A program made the translations under genes and the position numbers. The notes under the pieces were generated by a model, which did not search any database, was not told the DNA's origin, and was given only the letters and a program-made list of their open reading frames with translations. Positions 14,328-26,616 of a DNA stretch of 64,000 bases are shown here, in pieces. The DNA is taken from assembly GCF_009914755.1 (NCBI RefSeq), contig NC_060925.1. One strand, 5' to 3'. Each line of letters begins with the position of its first letter. Positions within the stretch are counted from its first letter, which is position 1. The DNA comes from the human T2T-CHM13v2.0 reference genome, Homo sapiens.

Positions 14328-14869
14328 TAAAATTTTATTCTAATGTTTTGATTTTTGTTCATACCTCCGTACATAGTACAGAAGGAATAATTCCCTTAAT
14401 TGCAGGAATTTTATTATCCTTGGCCTCCTGCCAACTTAATGATGGTAGAACTGTGTGTTGTATGTGTGTCTCCACACACCACTGCCCTAAATAGTGGGGC
14501 AGGTGACACTATTCAGCTCAGGTGGAGAATCACTTCTCTAGAGTAGAAGTGCTGGGTGTCAGTGTTCAACATGACTGAATAATGCCAGACTGCTTCCACA
14601 GTGGCTGTCATGGGTCACTTGCTTATCTGCATCTCCTTTAATATCTGATATTATCTGATTTTTAATCCTTTGCCAAATGTGGGGTGTCTGAAATGGTATC
14701 AGGCGAGTTTCATTTGCCTCGCTCTGATTACTAATGAAGTTGAAACACCTTTTTGCATGCTTATAGTAAATTTTTGTGGTTTTGTTTTGTCAAATATCTA
14801 TGAATGCTCCTTGTCCAGTTTTTTAGTTGTTTATTTTAGAAGTTTAAAAATGCTGTATATGTTCTAGAT

Positions 14870-15047
14870 CAGTGCTGTCCAAAGAGAACTTTCTGAGATG
14901 ATGATGTTCCATATTAGGGCAAGTAGAGTAGCTACCAGCCATGTATGACTACCGAGTAACTGAAATGTGTCTAGAGCTACTGATAATTAAATTTTAAATA
15001 AAATAGCTACATGTGGCTGGTAGTTACCATATTAGGTTGCTGTGCAG
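14870..15047 (+). mobile_element. MER3 (hAT-Charlie DNA transposon fossil)
   Basis: cagtgctgtccaaagagaactttctg...agctacatgtggctggtagttaccatatt, preceded by a ttctagat target. Confidence 0.8.
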
Positions 15048-15110
15048 ATTTATGATTCGTAAATAAGTCCTTTTAGTTTTTGCCTTCCTTGTCTTTTCAT
15101 CTCATTTTAT

Positions 15111-15416
<306 letters not shown>

Positions 15417-15539
15417 TCATTTTATCTTTTAAAGAATTAACGTTTTAATTTTAACTCAGTTTTTTAAAAAATCGATCTTTAGACATAAAGATATTCTCCT
15501 ATACTGCCTTCTAAAACTTCTGCCTCTCTCACTTAAGAC

Positions 15540-15847
15540 TTCTTTTTGTTTGTTTGTTTGTTTTGAGATGGAGTCTTGCTCTGTCACCCAGGCTGGAGTG
15601 CAGTGGCACGATCTCAGCTCACTGCAACCTCCGCCTCCTGGGTTCAAGGGATTCTTCTGCCCTTAGCCTCCCGAGGAGCCGGGACTACAGGAGTCCACCA
15701 CCATGCCCGGGTAATTTTTGTAGTTTTAGTAGAGATGGGGTTTCGCCATGTTGACTGGTCTGATCTTGAACTCCTGACCTCAGGTGATCTGTCCGCCTCA
15801 GTCTCCCAAAGTCCTGGGATTACAGGCATGAGCCACCCCGCCTGGCC
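15540..15847 (-). mobile_element. Alu (AluS-like)
   Basis: Antisense dimer; TSD tca(c/t)ttaag. Confidence 0.94.
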
Positions 15848-17011
15848 TCATTTAAGTATTTTATCCACCTGGAATTGATTTTGGTGTTGGATGTGAAGTA
15901 GGTATCCAATTTCCTTTTCTTTAGTAGATATCCAATTTCCTTTTCTTCCCCCATATGTGTTTTCAAATATTCTATCTCTGTCAAACAATCTGTACTTTCT
16001 TCATTTGTTTTCAGTGTGTTTTCTGTCATTAGTTGAGTTTTTGTGTATGTATGAATTTGATTTGGTTCCATTAGTCTATTTATCTATCCTTGTGCCAGTA
16101 CCACATTATCTTAGTGACTAGTTTTATAACAAGTTTTGAAATCTGGTTGGGTAATACCACTCCCTGCATTTAGATTCCTTGGTTTCCCATCTTCAAACCC
16201 TGAGGTTTATCTCCTATCCCTGGTGCTCTGTGCTGTCATTAAAGTAAAAGGTCAAGGTCTCCAGATTATGCCCACATTCTCAGGAAGAAAGCAGGGTGTG
16301 ACATGGGCTTACCTCCTAGATTTCCTGCTTTCACTTTGTTTGAGGACTCAGTCTTCCTAACAGCAATTCACCAGTTTCCCCACTTCTTAATAGTTATAAG
16401 AACAATTGTAACCGCTTATAGGATTTGTTTGATAAAGTAAAAATAGGTTAGTTATTCAAAGCAGATTATTGACCTGTGTGCTTTTAGCTCACAACCTTTA
16501 GGTGAAAGGGAACCGTTTCTTTATGCTTGGTTTTGTATATTTTGTATTATCTAGAATTCTGGCTTGCATTTTCTATCCATTATTTCTCCTTTGGGTTAAT
16601 GAAAATTAGATGCCCATGGGTTCTTGCCCTCCCTCTTTACTAATCAAATCTTGTTGAGAGTTGGATCTTTCTTGTGCATACTATCTAACTTGGCAGGAAA
16701 TCTAACATGTTGTTAATGTCCTCTGGTTAGGGGAGCAAAGGAATTAACACTAATAAAAAACATTTTGTGATTTTTTACTCTTGGGTATACAGTTTTACTT
16801 GCTTTTACTCATTATTTCTTTTAAACTAACCTTCAGAGAGTGTGGGTCTAAATTGTCTAACAATGTGTTTTAAATCCTTAATTAGTTCACTGTATGTAGT
16901 TTTGCTGCCAAAGAAACTATGGCAACAGCCTTGGAAAAATTAAAATTCCACGCACACATTCTTGTGTGGAACACCTCTCATAGACTTCATTTTTTAATAC
17001 TTTAAGAAATT

Positions 17012-17265
17012 GGCAAGGCGGGTGGATCATGAGGTCAGGAGATCGAGACCATCCTGGCTAACACGGTGAAACCCCCGTCTCTACTAAAAATACAAAAAAT
17101 TAGCCGGGCGTGGTGGCGGGCGCCTGTAGTCCCAGCTACTTGGGAGGCTGAGGCAGGAGAATGGCGCGTGAGCCCGGGAGGCGGAGCTTGCAGTGAGCTG
17201 AGATCACACCACTGCACTCCAGCCTGGGCAACAGAGCAAGACTCCATCTCGAAAAAAAAAAAAAA
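17012..17265 (+). mobile_element. 5'-truncated AluY
   Basis: AluY diagnostics gagatcgagaccatcctggctaacacggtgaa and gagaatggcg...gcggagcttgcag. Confidence 0.92.
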
Positions 17266-17559
17266 TTAAGTTGTGTGTTTGCTTAAGGGTATTATATAAA
17301 GTTGAACTTGAATCAAGAAAAATAAATTTCTGAGCAAATGCCTCAGAAAGTAGCAAAATATGGTCTGCAAAACACAAAGAAGAAACAAAAGGAGAAGGAG
17401 CTTCTTGGGGGGCTTGATTGGATCATTAAATGGATCAGAGCCACCTTGGACTTGTTTCAAGAGTTTACTCTTAACTTTTTCTCAAATGCTCTAGTAATTA
17501 TTTATATTAATAATTTACTCAATGAAATTGCAAACATATTTTCATAGTGTTTCAGAAAC

Positions 17560-18620
17560 TGTTGAATTGATGGCAGTGATGGTTTTAGAGGATTTCAGAA
17601 TTCCTTTGAAATGGGTCAGAGAGAACTGAGAGAACTCCTTATACAGGAGACGTACCTGACATCTGGTCAAGGGCATTCCTCTAGCAGCTCTCCCTGCTCT
17701 TCTGCGGTTTTTGATCTGTTTTGGATCATATCCATCACCATGTAAACACATTTCACCTATATTAAACAAACAAAAGACCCTTTTCTTGACCCCACTTTCC
17801 TTTCCAACTGCTGTCTAATTTCTTTGTTTCCCTTTGAGTCACAACCCATCAAAAGAGGTGTCCACACTCATTAGATCCAGTTCTGCCATTTTCTTTTTCT
17901 TTTTCTCTTTTTAAAAAATTATTATTATTATTATTATTATTTATTTTAACAGAGTCTCTCCCAGTCACCCAGCCTGGAGTGCAATGCAGCGATCTCGGCT
18001 AACTGCAACCTCCGCTTCCTGGGTTCAAGCAGTTCTTCTGCCTCAGCCTCTCGAGCAGCTGGGATTACAGGCATGTGCCTCCACGCCCAGCTAATTTTTG
18101 TATTTTTAGTAGAGACAGGGTTTCACCATGTTGGCCAGGCTTTTCTCGAACTCCTGACCTTGTGATCCACCCACCTCGGCCTCCCAAAGTGCTGGGATTA
18201 CAGGCATGAGCCACCACACCAGGCCCTCTGCCATTTTCTCTTAAGCCTACTTCAGTCCTACCCATCCCACAAATCTACTCTCTTTAAGATCACCAAGGAC
18301 CACTACTTTGCTAATTCCTCATTTACTTAACTAACATTAGTGTTGAACAGTTGATCCTTTTCATCTTCCTTGATAAATCTTCCTAACTTGGGTCTTTGGA
18401 ATAGCACGCTTGCCTCCTTGCCTTTCCAGGCACATTCCTTTGCACAAGGTGCTGTTCAGACGAAGATCCCCATGGGCCCTCACCTCCTTCAAGTCTGTTC
18501 TCCCATGTCACCTTCTCAATGAGGTGAGCACCATTTTCAAAGCTGCAGCCCACCTTGCTTCCATGCTCCTGATTTTCCTTTTCCTTGTTCCATATTTCCT
18601 TTTTTCCCCTATCACTTATC
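17560..18620 (+). mobile_element. L2 fragment interrupted by an Alu
   Basis: Pyrimidine-rich L2-like sequence on both sides of Alu 17895-18225. Confidence 0.6.
17895..18225 (-). mobile_element. Alu (AluSg-like) with (TTA)n tail
   Basis: 13-bp TSD tctgccattttct at 17882 and 18227. Confidence 0.94.
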
Positions 18621-18661
18621 ACTTTTTGGATTTAGATACTGACTTGATAAAACCAGTTTGG

Positions 18662-19810
18662 CTATGAAAATTCTGGAAGACAAGCTAAGCAATAACCATC
18701 CTGGACATTGGAACAGGCAAAGATTTCACGACAAAGACACCAAGAGCAATTTCAACAAAAGCAAAAATTGACAAACGGGATCTAATTGAAGGTAAGAGCC
18801 TCTGCACAGCGAAAGAAGCTATCAACAGAGTAAATAGGCAACCTACAGAAAGGGAGAAAATTTTTGCAAACTATACATCTGACAAAGGTGTAACATCTAG
18901 CATCTATAAGGAACTTAAACAAATTTACAAGAGAAAAACAACCCCATTAAAAAGTGGGCAAAGAACGTGAACAGACACTTCTCAAAAGAAGACATACATC
19001 TTCCCAACAAGCATATGAAGAAAAGCTCAATATCACTGATCATTAGAGAAATGCAAATCAGAACCACAATGAGATACCATCTCACACCAGTCAGAATGGC
19101 TATCATCAAAAAAGCCAAAAATTAACAGATGCTGGCGAGGTTGCAGAGAAAAGGGAACACTAATACACTGTTGGTGGGAGTGTAAATTAGTTCAACCATT
19201 GTGGAAAGCAGTATGGCGATTCCTCGAAGAGCTAAAAATGGAACTATCATTTGATCCAGCAATCCCATTATTGGGTATATACCCAGAGGAATATAAGCAT
19301 TCTACTCTAAAGACACATGTGTGCGAATGTTCATTGCCACACTGTTCACGATAGCAAAGACTTGGAATCAACCTAAATGCCCATCAATGACAAACTGGAT
19401 AAAGAAATTGTGGTATATATATACACTATGGAATATTATGCAACCATAAAACAAGATCATGTCTTTTGCAGGAACATGGATGGAGCTGAAGGCTATTACC
19501 CTTAGCAAACTAATGCAGAAACAGCAAACCAAATACTGTATGTTCTCACTTATAAGTAAGTGGGAGCTAAATGATGAGAACTCATGAACACAAAGAAGGA
19601 AACAACAGACACTGGGGTTTACTTGACAGGAGAGGATAGGAGGAGGGAGAGGAGCAGAAAAGATGACTACTGGGTACTGAGCTTAATACCTGGGTGATAA
19701 AATAATATGTACAACAAACCCCCATGACATGTGTTTCTCTATGAACAAACCTTCACATGTACACCCAAACCTAAAATTAAAAAAACAAAATAAACAAACA
19801 AACCAAAAAA
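18662..19810 (+). mobile_element. 5'-truncated L1PA (L1PA13-like): ORF2 C-terminus, 3'UTR and A-tail
   Basis: ORF2 end (caatgagataccatctcacaccagtcagaatggc); 3'UTR ggagaggagcagaaaagat; TSD aaaac(c/a)agtttgg. Inserted in an older antisense L1. Confidence 0.92.
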
Positions 19811-21699
19811 ACAAGTTTGGAAGTATTCCTTCCTCCTTTACTTTCTGAAGGAAAGGTGTTATTTCTTCCTGCAGTGTTTGATAGAATTCAGGAGAGCACC
19901 ATCTGGACCTGATATTTTCTCTGCGAGCAGGTTTTTGAGCATCCAGTTTCTTTAATAGATATAGATAGAGTTTCTTATTTTGTTTTTGCTGCTGTCCTTT
20001 TGTTTTTGTTTCCTTGTTTTTTAGATCTTCTGTATCCTAGTATGTCAATTTTGGTAAGTTGATATTTTAAAAAAGAAATTTGCTATTTTCATCTAAGCTG
20101 TCAAATTTGTTGGCATAAAGGTGTTTGTAATAATCTGTATCTTTTTAATATCTATCAGCAAGAAGAAGAGCAATAGAGCCAAGTCAATAAAACCAAATGC
20201 TGGCTAGTTCTTTGAAAAGATCAATAAAATGGATCAACTTCTAGCTAGACAGACAAAATCAGAGATAGAATGAATGGTAAAATATTAGTGATGACTTATT
20301 TTTTCAAAAAATGAATTTGGCTTCCTTAATTTTCTCTTGTTTTCTATTTCACAAATTTATGTTCTTTATTATTTCCTTCCTTGTACTTTAGGTTTTGTTC
20401 TTTTTCTAGTGTTTTAGGTTGGAACATTAGATCACTGATTTTTTTACCTTTTTTTCAAATGGATGCATTTAAAGCTATAAACGTTTCTCTTAGTACACTT
20501 TATATACCTCAAAGTTTGACATGATGTATTTCTATCATCATTCAGTTTTACATATTTTCTGATTTCTCTTGTGATTTTTAAATTATGACCCATGGATTTT
20601 TAAGTATTTTGTTCAATTTTCAAAACGTTGTGGTCTTTAGATATCTTATTGTTATTGATTTCTAATTTAATTCCATTATGGTCAGAGAACATACTGTTTG
20701 ATTTCAATCCTTTTTAATTAATTGAGACCTGGGTTTTATGGCTCTACATATGATCAGTCTTGGTGGATATACCAAGTGAACTTGTAAAGAACATGTGTTC
20801 TGCAGTTTTTAGGTGTTCTTTATATATTAAGGTGGTTGATAATGTTGTTCACATCATTTGTGTATGGGCTGATTTTTATTTTGTTTGATTTTTATTTTCT
20901 ATCATTTGTTGAAAGGGATGTTAAAATCTTCAACTGTAATGGTGAAATAGTATTGTTTCCATTTAATTCTGTTCATTTTTGCCTGATATGTCTTTATATA
21001 CACATTTAAGATTATGTCTTCCTGATGAGTTGTGAATTAGAACATTATGAAATGTTATTCTCCGGTAATATTATTCTCTCCTTAAAGTCTATTTTACTCA
21101 ATATTGATATAGCAACTCCATCCTTTATATACTTACTGTTTACATGGTGTGCCTTTTCAGAAGCATTTACTTTCAATTATAGATAGCATATAGATGAGAC
21201 TTGTTTTTTTTTAAATCTATTCTGAAAATTTCTGATTTTATTATTAGGAATATTTAGGGGAAATGTTTAATAAATTAATATTTTGGGTTTTTTTTCTGTT
21301 TTTTTTTTCATTAGCTCCTCCTTCCCAACCCACTTTTGAATTTTATCTGTTAATATTCTATCAACTTCACACAAAATCTAAAACCCTTGCAACTTACAGG
21401 TTCATTTCTCTAACGCTATTCTTTATGCTAGTTATCATATCTATTACATCTGCATATATTACAAACTGCACAAGAAAATGTTATAGCTTTTGCTCTAAAT
21501 TGCCATATTTAATGAAGTTAAAAGAAAAAATATTGTATATTCTCACATAATTACTATATTTCTTATGCTCTTTGTTTCTTTCTAAAGATAACAGCTGATA
21601 TTGAATCTGAAGTTCCTTTAATATTTCTTGTAGTGAAGATACCCTAGTGACAAATCCTCTTAGTTTTTTATTATTTCTTGTATACAGAAAATGTTTCTT

Positions 21700-22004
21700 G
21701 GCTACATGCAGTAGCTCACACTTGTAATCCCAGCACTTTGAGAAGCTGAGGTGGGAGGATCGCTTGAGCCCAGGAGTTCAAGACCAGCCCAGGCAACATA
21801 GGGAGACACCCATTGTCTACAATTTTTTTTTTTTAATTAGCTAGGAGTGGTGGCACATGCCTGTAGTCCCAGCTATTCAGGAGGCTGAGGTGGGAGGATT
21901 GGTTGAGCCAAGGAGGTTGAGGCTACAGTGAACTGTGATGATGCCGCTGCACTCCAGTCTGGGGAACAGAGCAAGACACTGTCTCCAAAAAAAAAAAAAA
22001 AAAA
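21700..22004 (+). mobile_element. Alu (AluJ-like)
   Basis: Full dimer with A-tail; TSD aaaa(t)gtttct. Confidence 0.94.
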
Positions 22005-22397
22005 GTTTCTATTTTGCCTTTTTTCTTAAAAGATATTTTTGCTTTAGATAGAATTCTGAATTGACTGTTTTTTGAACACTTTAAAAATGTTCCACTGTCT
22101 GCTGGACTCTGTAGTTTCTGATGATAAATCAGTGAAAGTTTTTGTTACCCTGTATGCAGTGTTTTTTGTTTATTCATTTAATTATTCTGGCTGCGCTCAA
22201 GATTTTTCTCTGCTTCCGTTTTCAGCAATTTGACTATGATTATGCCTCCCTAGACATAATGGTTTAAATATTTATTCTGCTTGGTGTTTGTTGAGCTTTT
22301 GGAATCTGTAAATTTGTGTCTTCCATCAAATTTGGGGACTTTGGGACCATGATTTTTTCAAATATATTTTCTGTCTCATTATTTGCTCTCCTTGTAG

Positions 22398-22839
<442 letters not shown>

Positions 22840-24112
22840 CTATTTGTTTCTTTTTAATAATTCTATTTCTGTACTGAAATTTCTCATTTTATTCAAGCAT
22901 ATTATCTTTGCATTCTTGAGCATAGTTATAATAGCTGCTTTAACATTTCGTCTGCTCATTTTAACATCTAAAAATGGTTTGAGGTTTATCTCTGTTGACT
23001 GTCTTTTTTCTTGAGAATTGGTCACACTGCTTTTTTCTTCATATATCAAAAAGTTTTGGTTGTATCCTGGTATTGTGGAAAAATCTGGATTCTGTTATAT
23101 TCTTGTGAGGAGTGTTTGTTTGTTTTAGCAGGCAATTAACTTGACTGGAATCAAACTGCTAATCTATTTTTTAGACAACTGCTCAAAACTCAGCTCAGTT
23201 TATCTTTAGATAGAGTTTGCCCTGCACACATACAGTTCAGGGATTTAAGAATTTTTCTGCCCCACCCCCACCCAGTACTCTAGTATTTAAAATATATTCT
23301 GACAGACAGTTTTTTGGAGTATTTTTCTGAGTTGTTATTTGATAATGAGAATTTTACAGGAAAGGTTTAAAATTTGATGTTTTATTTCTCCAAATATCTG
23401 CTGGGACATTGTAAAGGAGAAGCAGTTTGGTTTTATAAGAAAATGATACTTAGCAGGTATTAATACTCCAAATAATTATTTTACTCAAGTATACACTCAA
23501 GGCTCTAGACACGAAGAATTTGGAAAAGGTCAAAGCAATGAACTAGAATTCACCTGAAAGCAAGATATACTTCCAGATGTAGACCTTGCATGAAATTCTA
23601 TCCTTTTATTCATATGAGAATAAAGATGCCTGGTAGCAGAACAACTTACATGTGGCCTACAAACACAGAATAGCTCTTTCTTTAAAGAAATTTTGAATTG
23701 AGGGTGAACCTTAAAGAGACAGCACTTTATGTGCCCCGATGTGAATCATCAGTCCTAACTAAGGTGATGTTTTAGAATTTTAGAGCTGGTATACTCAGAT
23801 ACCATGGAGACAAGGCCAAAGGGGTTAGGAAACTTTTCTCTAGTCTTTTTTGGACAGCCTCAGTAAGGGTAGTGTGGGATACAGAATCAAAGAGCCTCAT
23901 CTTTTGAGATGGAAAACTCAAGGTCCAAGCAAGACTCTGTCATTTACTGTTTGATTTGTAACAGGTATTTAGCCTTTCAGTGTCTACATCAATTTTATCT
24001 ATAAAATGTAGATAAAAGTTGTTTAAAAGATTAGGTGGTTGCCTACTCTGTAGTAGGCATTCAGTATTTTGTGTTCTGCTTCCAGATTACAAAAGGGTGA
24101 TATAATGTCAAT

Positions 24113-24730
24113 ATAAGGATACCAAAAGAATTCATGAAATGTCACCCCAAAATATTACTTTGAACTGAGGGTACTTGGGGAACAGCAGGTGCAAGTAGAG
24201 GCTTTCTCTGAGCACCACTTGCATGCAGAGCCTTTTCTCTGAGCTCCTCTTATCTGTCTAAAGACGGATCCTCCGAAAGGAACTCAATTGTCATGAATCC
24301 CCTCCCTGGGAATTTTATCAACCAGGGAAGATTAACTTGGATCACAGGAGGGGAGACTAGAGGTTGACCCTATGCCCAGACTATCACCTCTTCTAAGGGC
24401 TGCTCAGAAACAACTTTTATTACCGACTTTTTATCTGTATAACAAGACAACCTTTATTCCCCGTGCATTTCTTCCCCTCACCCTCCCATAACTTGTGTCG
24501 CCACCCCCTTCCCCAGAAGCCCCAAGCCCTGATGCCTTTCTGTAACTTGGGATGCTGTATCAGCATCAATCATCTGACCCTTCTTTGAGGCTCCTATTTT
24601 GTGAGACTCCTGTGCATACTTATGTAATTAAATATTTACATAAGTCTTTCTCCTGTCTTATGTCAGTTTAATTTGTAACCCAGCCAAGGAACCTGGAAGG
24701 GTAGTGGGATGCCATTTTCTCTCCCCTGCA
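24113..24730 (+). mobile_element. Solo ERV1 LTR (MER34-family-like)
   Basis: gtcaccccaaaatattactttgaactgag start; ends ggaagggtag...ttttctctcccctgca. Confidence 0.72.
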
Positions 24731-26109
24731 GTGTGCTACAGAGAAGATTGCTATTCTTAATTTGTTATTTAACCCTCTTGGGTAAGGCCTAGAAGGAAAA
24801 ATCTGTAAATCTGTAAACTTTAAAAGGGGAATTTTCAAGAGAAAATGTTCACAGAAGGCCCTGGAAGGAGCTAGTAGAAGCTTTTAATAGAAGCAAAACT
24901 AATTGAGAAGTGTGAGACTGGACATTATATTAGCTTTGCATTTGTATTACTTTTGTATTTCTACTCCCAAACACTTTCCACTATAGGAAAGCTTCAGTGT
25001 GTTCTTGAATTGTGTACTGAGCCACAGGAAGAAAAGGGACAATGGTTAGACAAGAGCGGGTACAGAAGAGTTGAGCACTAGGCAGGTATTTAATACATAT
25101 TTGTTGAATAATGACTGGAGATACTCTGGCACCTCAATATTCATATTTCCAGGATCTGGATTTGTTTTGGGTTGCCTTGCCAAGTGTAATCTAGTATGGT
25201 GGTAGCCTGAGGGCTCTCATTTTGTTTACAATTTACCTACTGAAGTATTTTAAAGGCTCAGACTTGTCCAGGCTGCAGGAATCTGGAAGGTGGGGTGGAT
25301 GAATTCCGTTCTTTCTTTGTCCCCAATTTTTCCCTCATCTGTACCCAGGGAATTTGTTCAGGTTGGGTCCTGGTTTAGTTCACCCTCTTACCCAGATCCA
25401 CACTTGGCTCTGTGTTGATTGTGCTTGCTAAATGTTTATTGAATGAATGAATGGAAGGCACTAAATCTGTAGGAAGGCAAAAGAAAGGTTGAGAGGTATT
25501 GATGCCACCCAGATGGGGAATTTACAATGAATCAAGCAAGGACCAGAGTAAACAGGGGGCTGTTCTGTCCAGCCAGAGCCCTGGCAGGTTTACCTGGTTT
25601 AGTGTTTATGTTTCCTTGATTGGAAATCAATCTCTGTCTGTCTTAGCTCTTACTGTTGTTGGTCTGACTCTACAGAAAAGAAGCTAATTTTTATCATCTT
25701 AGAAACCCTCTTCCTGAGCCTCTTATCAAATCATTGTATTCCCTGTGAATAAAAGAGGCTGGTGGTCTGTCATTTCTGAAAGAGAGCCTGAGAGGAGACA
25801 TAATTGTTCTAATATTTATGTTTCTTTATCAGTTTTCTTTGTGCTTCTACACATATTTTCTCATTTTATCCTCTTAATGACATAAGAAGAGCAGGTATTA
25901 TTATCCTATTTTCCATAGGAGTAAACTATTTCAGAGAGGTAATAAGTATAAATTGTTCAAGACCTCAGAAATGAATGTGGCAGTGACCAGATGTTTAATC
26001 CAAGTTTAGTGTTTTCTTTATTTATATTGTACTGGCCGTGATAATAATCAGCATTACGTATTGAATGTATGATTAATTAAGCACTATGATTAAATCTTTT
26101 CTCACATAA

Positions 26110-26450
26110 CTTGGCTGGTTCCCTTGCTAGTTCCCTTACATCCTTTTATTCTTGGCTGAAATGATACCTCTCAGGGAGGGCTTCCTTGACCACTCATTTA
26201 TAAATTTTATTAATTGCATCTCTCTTTAGTTTTTACCCCCTTCTCTATTTTATCTCCTTACAGTTTATCATGTAGGACATAGGTATGTATTTATGTTTTT
26301 CATTGTGTATCTTTCCCTAATAGAATAGAAGCTCCGTGAGGGCATGGATTTTTGTCTGTTCCATTTCTTGATGTGCCCCCAGCACTATTAAAACTTTGTC
26401 CATGTAGTATATGGCAGGTGCTCAGTAAAAATTTGCTGCATGAATTAATA
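26110..26450 (+). mobile_element. L2 3' end
   Basis: tagaatagaagctccgtgagggcatggatttttgtctgtt...gtgctcagtaaaaatttgctgcatgaat. Confidence 0.82.
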
Positions 26451-26599
26451 ATCCTCAAAAACAACTCTTCCAGGTTTACTGACAAGAAAAATTATGCACA
26501 AAGAAATTCCCTTTCCAGGGTCACCCAAGTAGGGGGTTAGAGAACTGATTTGAAATTCAAGTGTATTTAGATTCAGTGCTCCACTATATGTTTTCAATT

Positions 26600-26616
26600 C
26601 CCCCCCCCCCCCCCCC
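26600..26616. repeat. C17 homopolymer
   Basis: Direct observation. Confidence 0.95.

Noticed and set aside
18915-19118. 67-aa [28 protein letters not shown]...
   Set aside because: Well-known antisense frame of L1 ORF2; not a gene.
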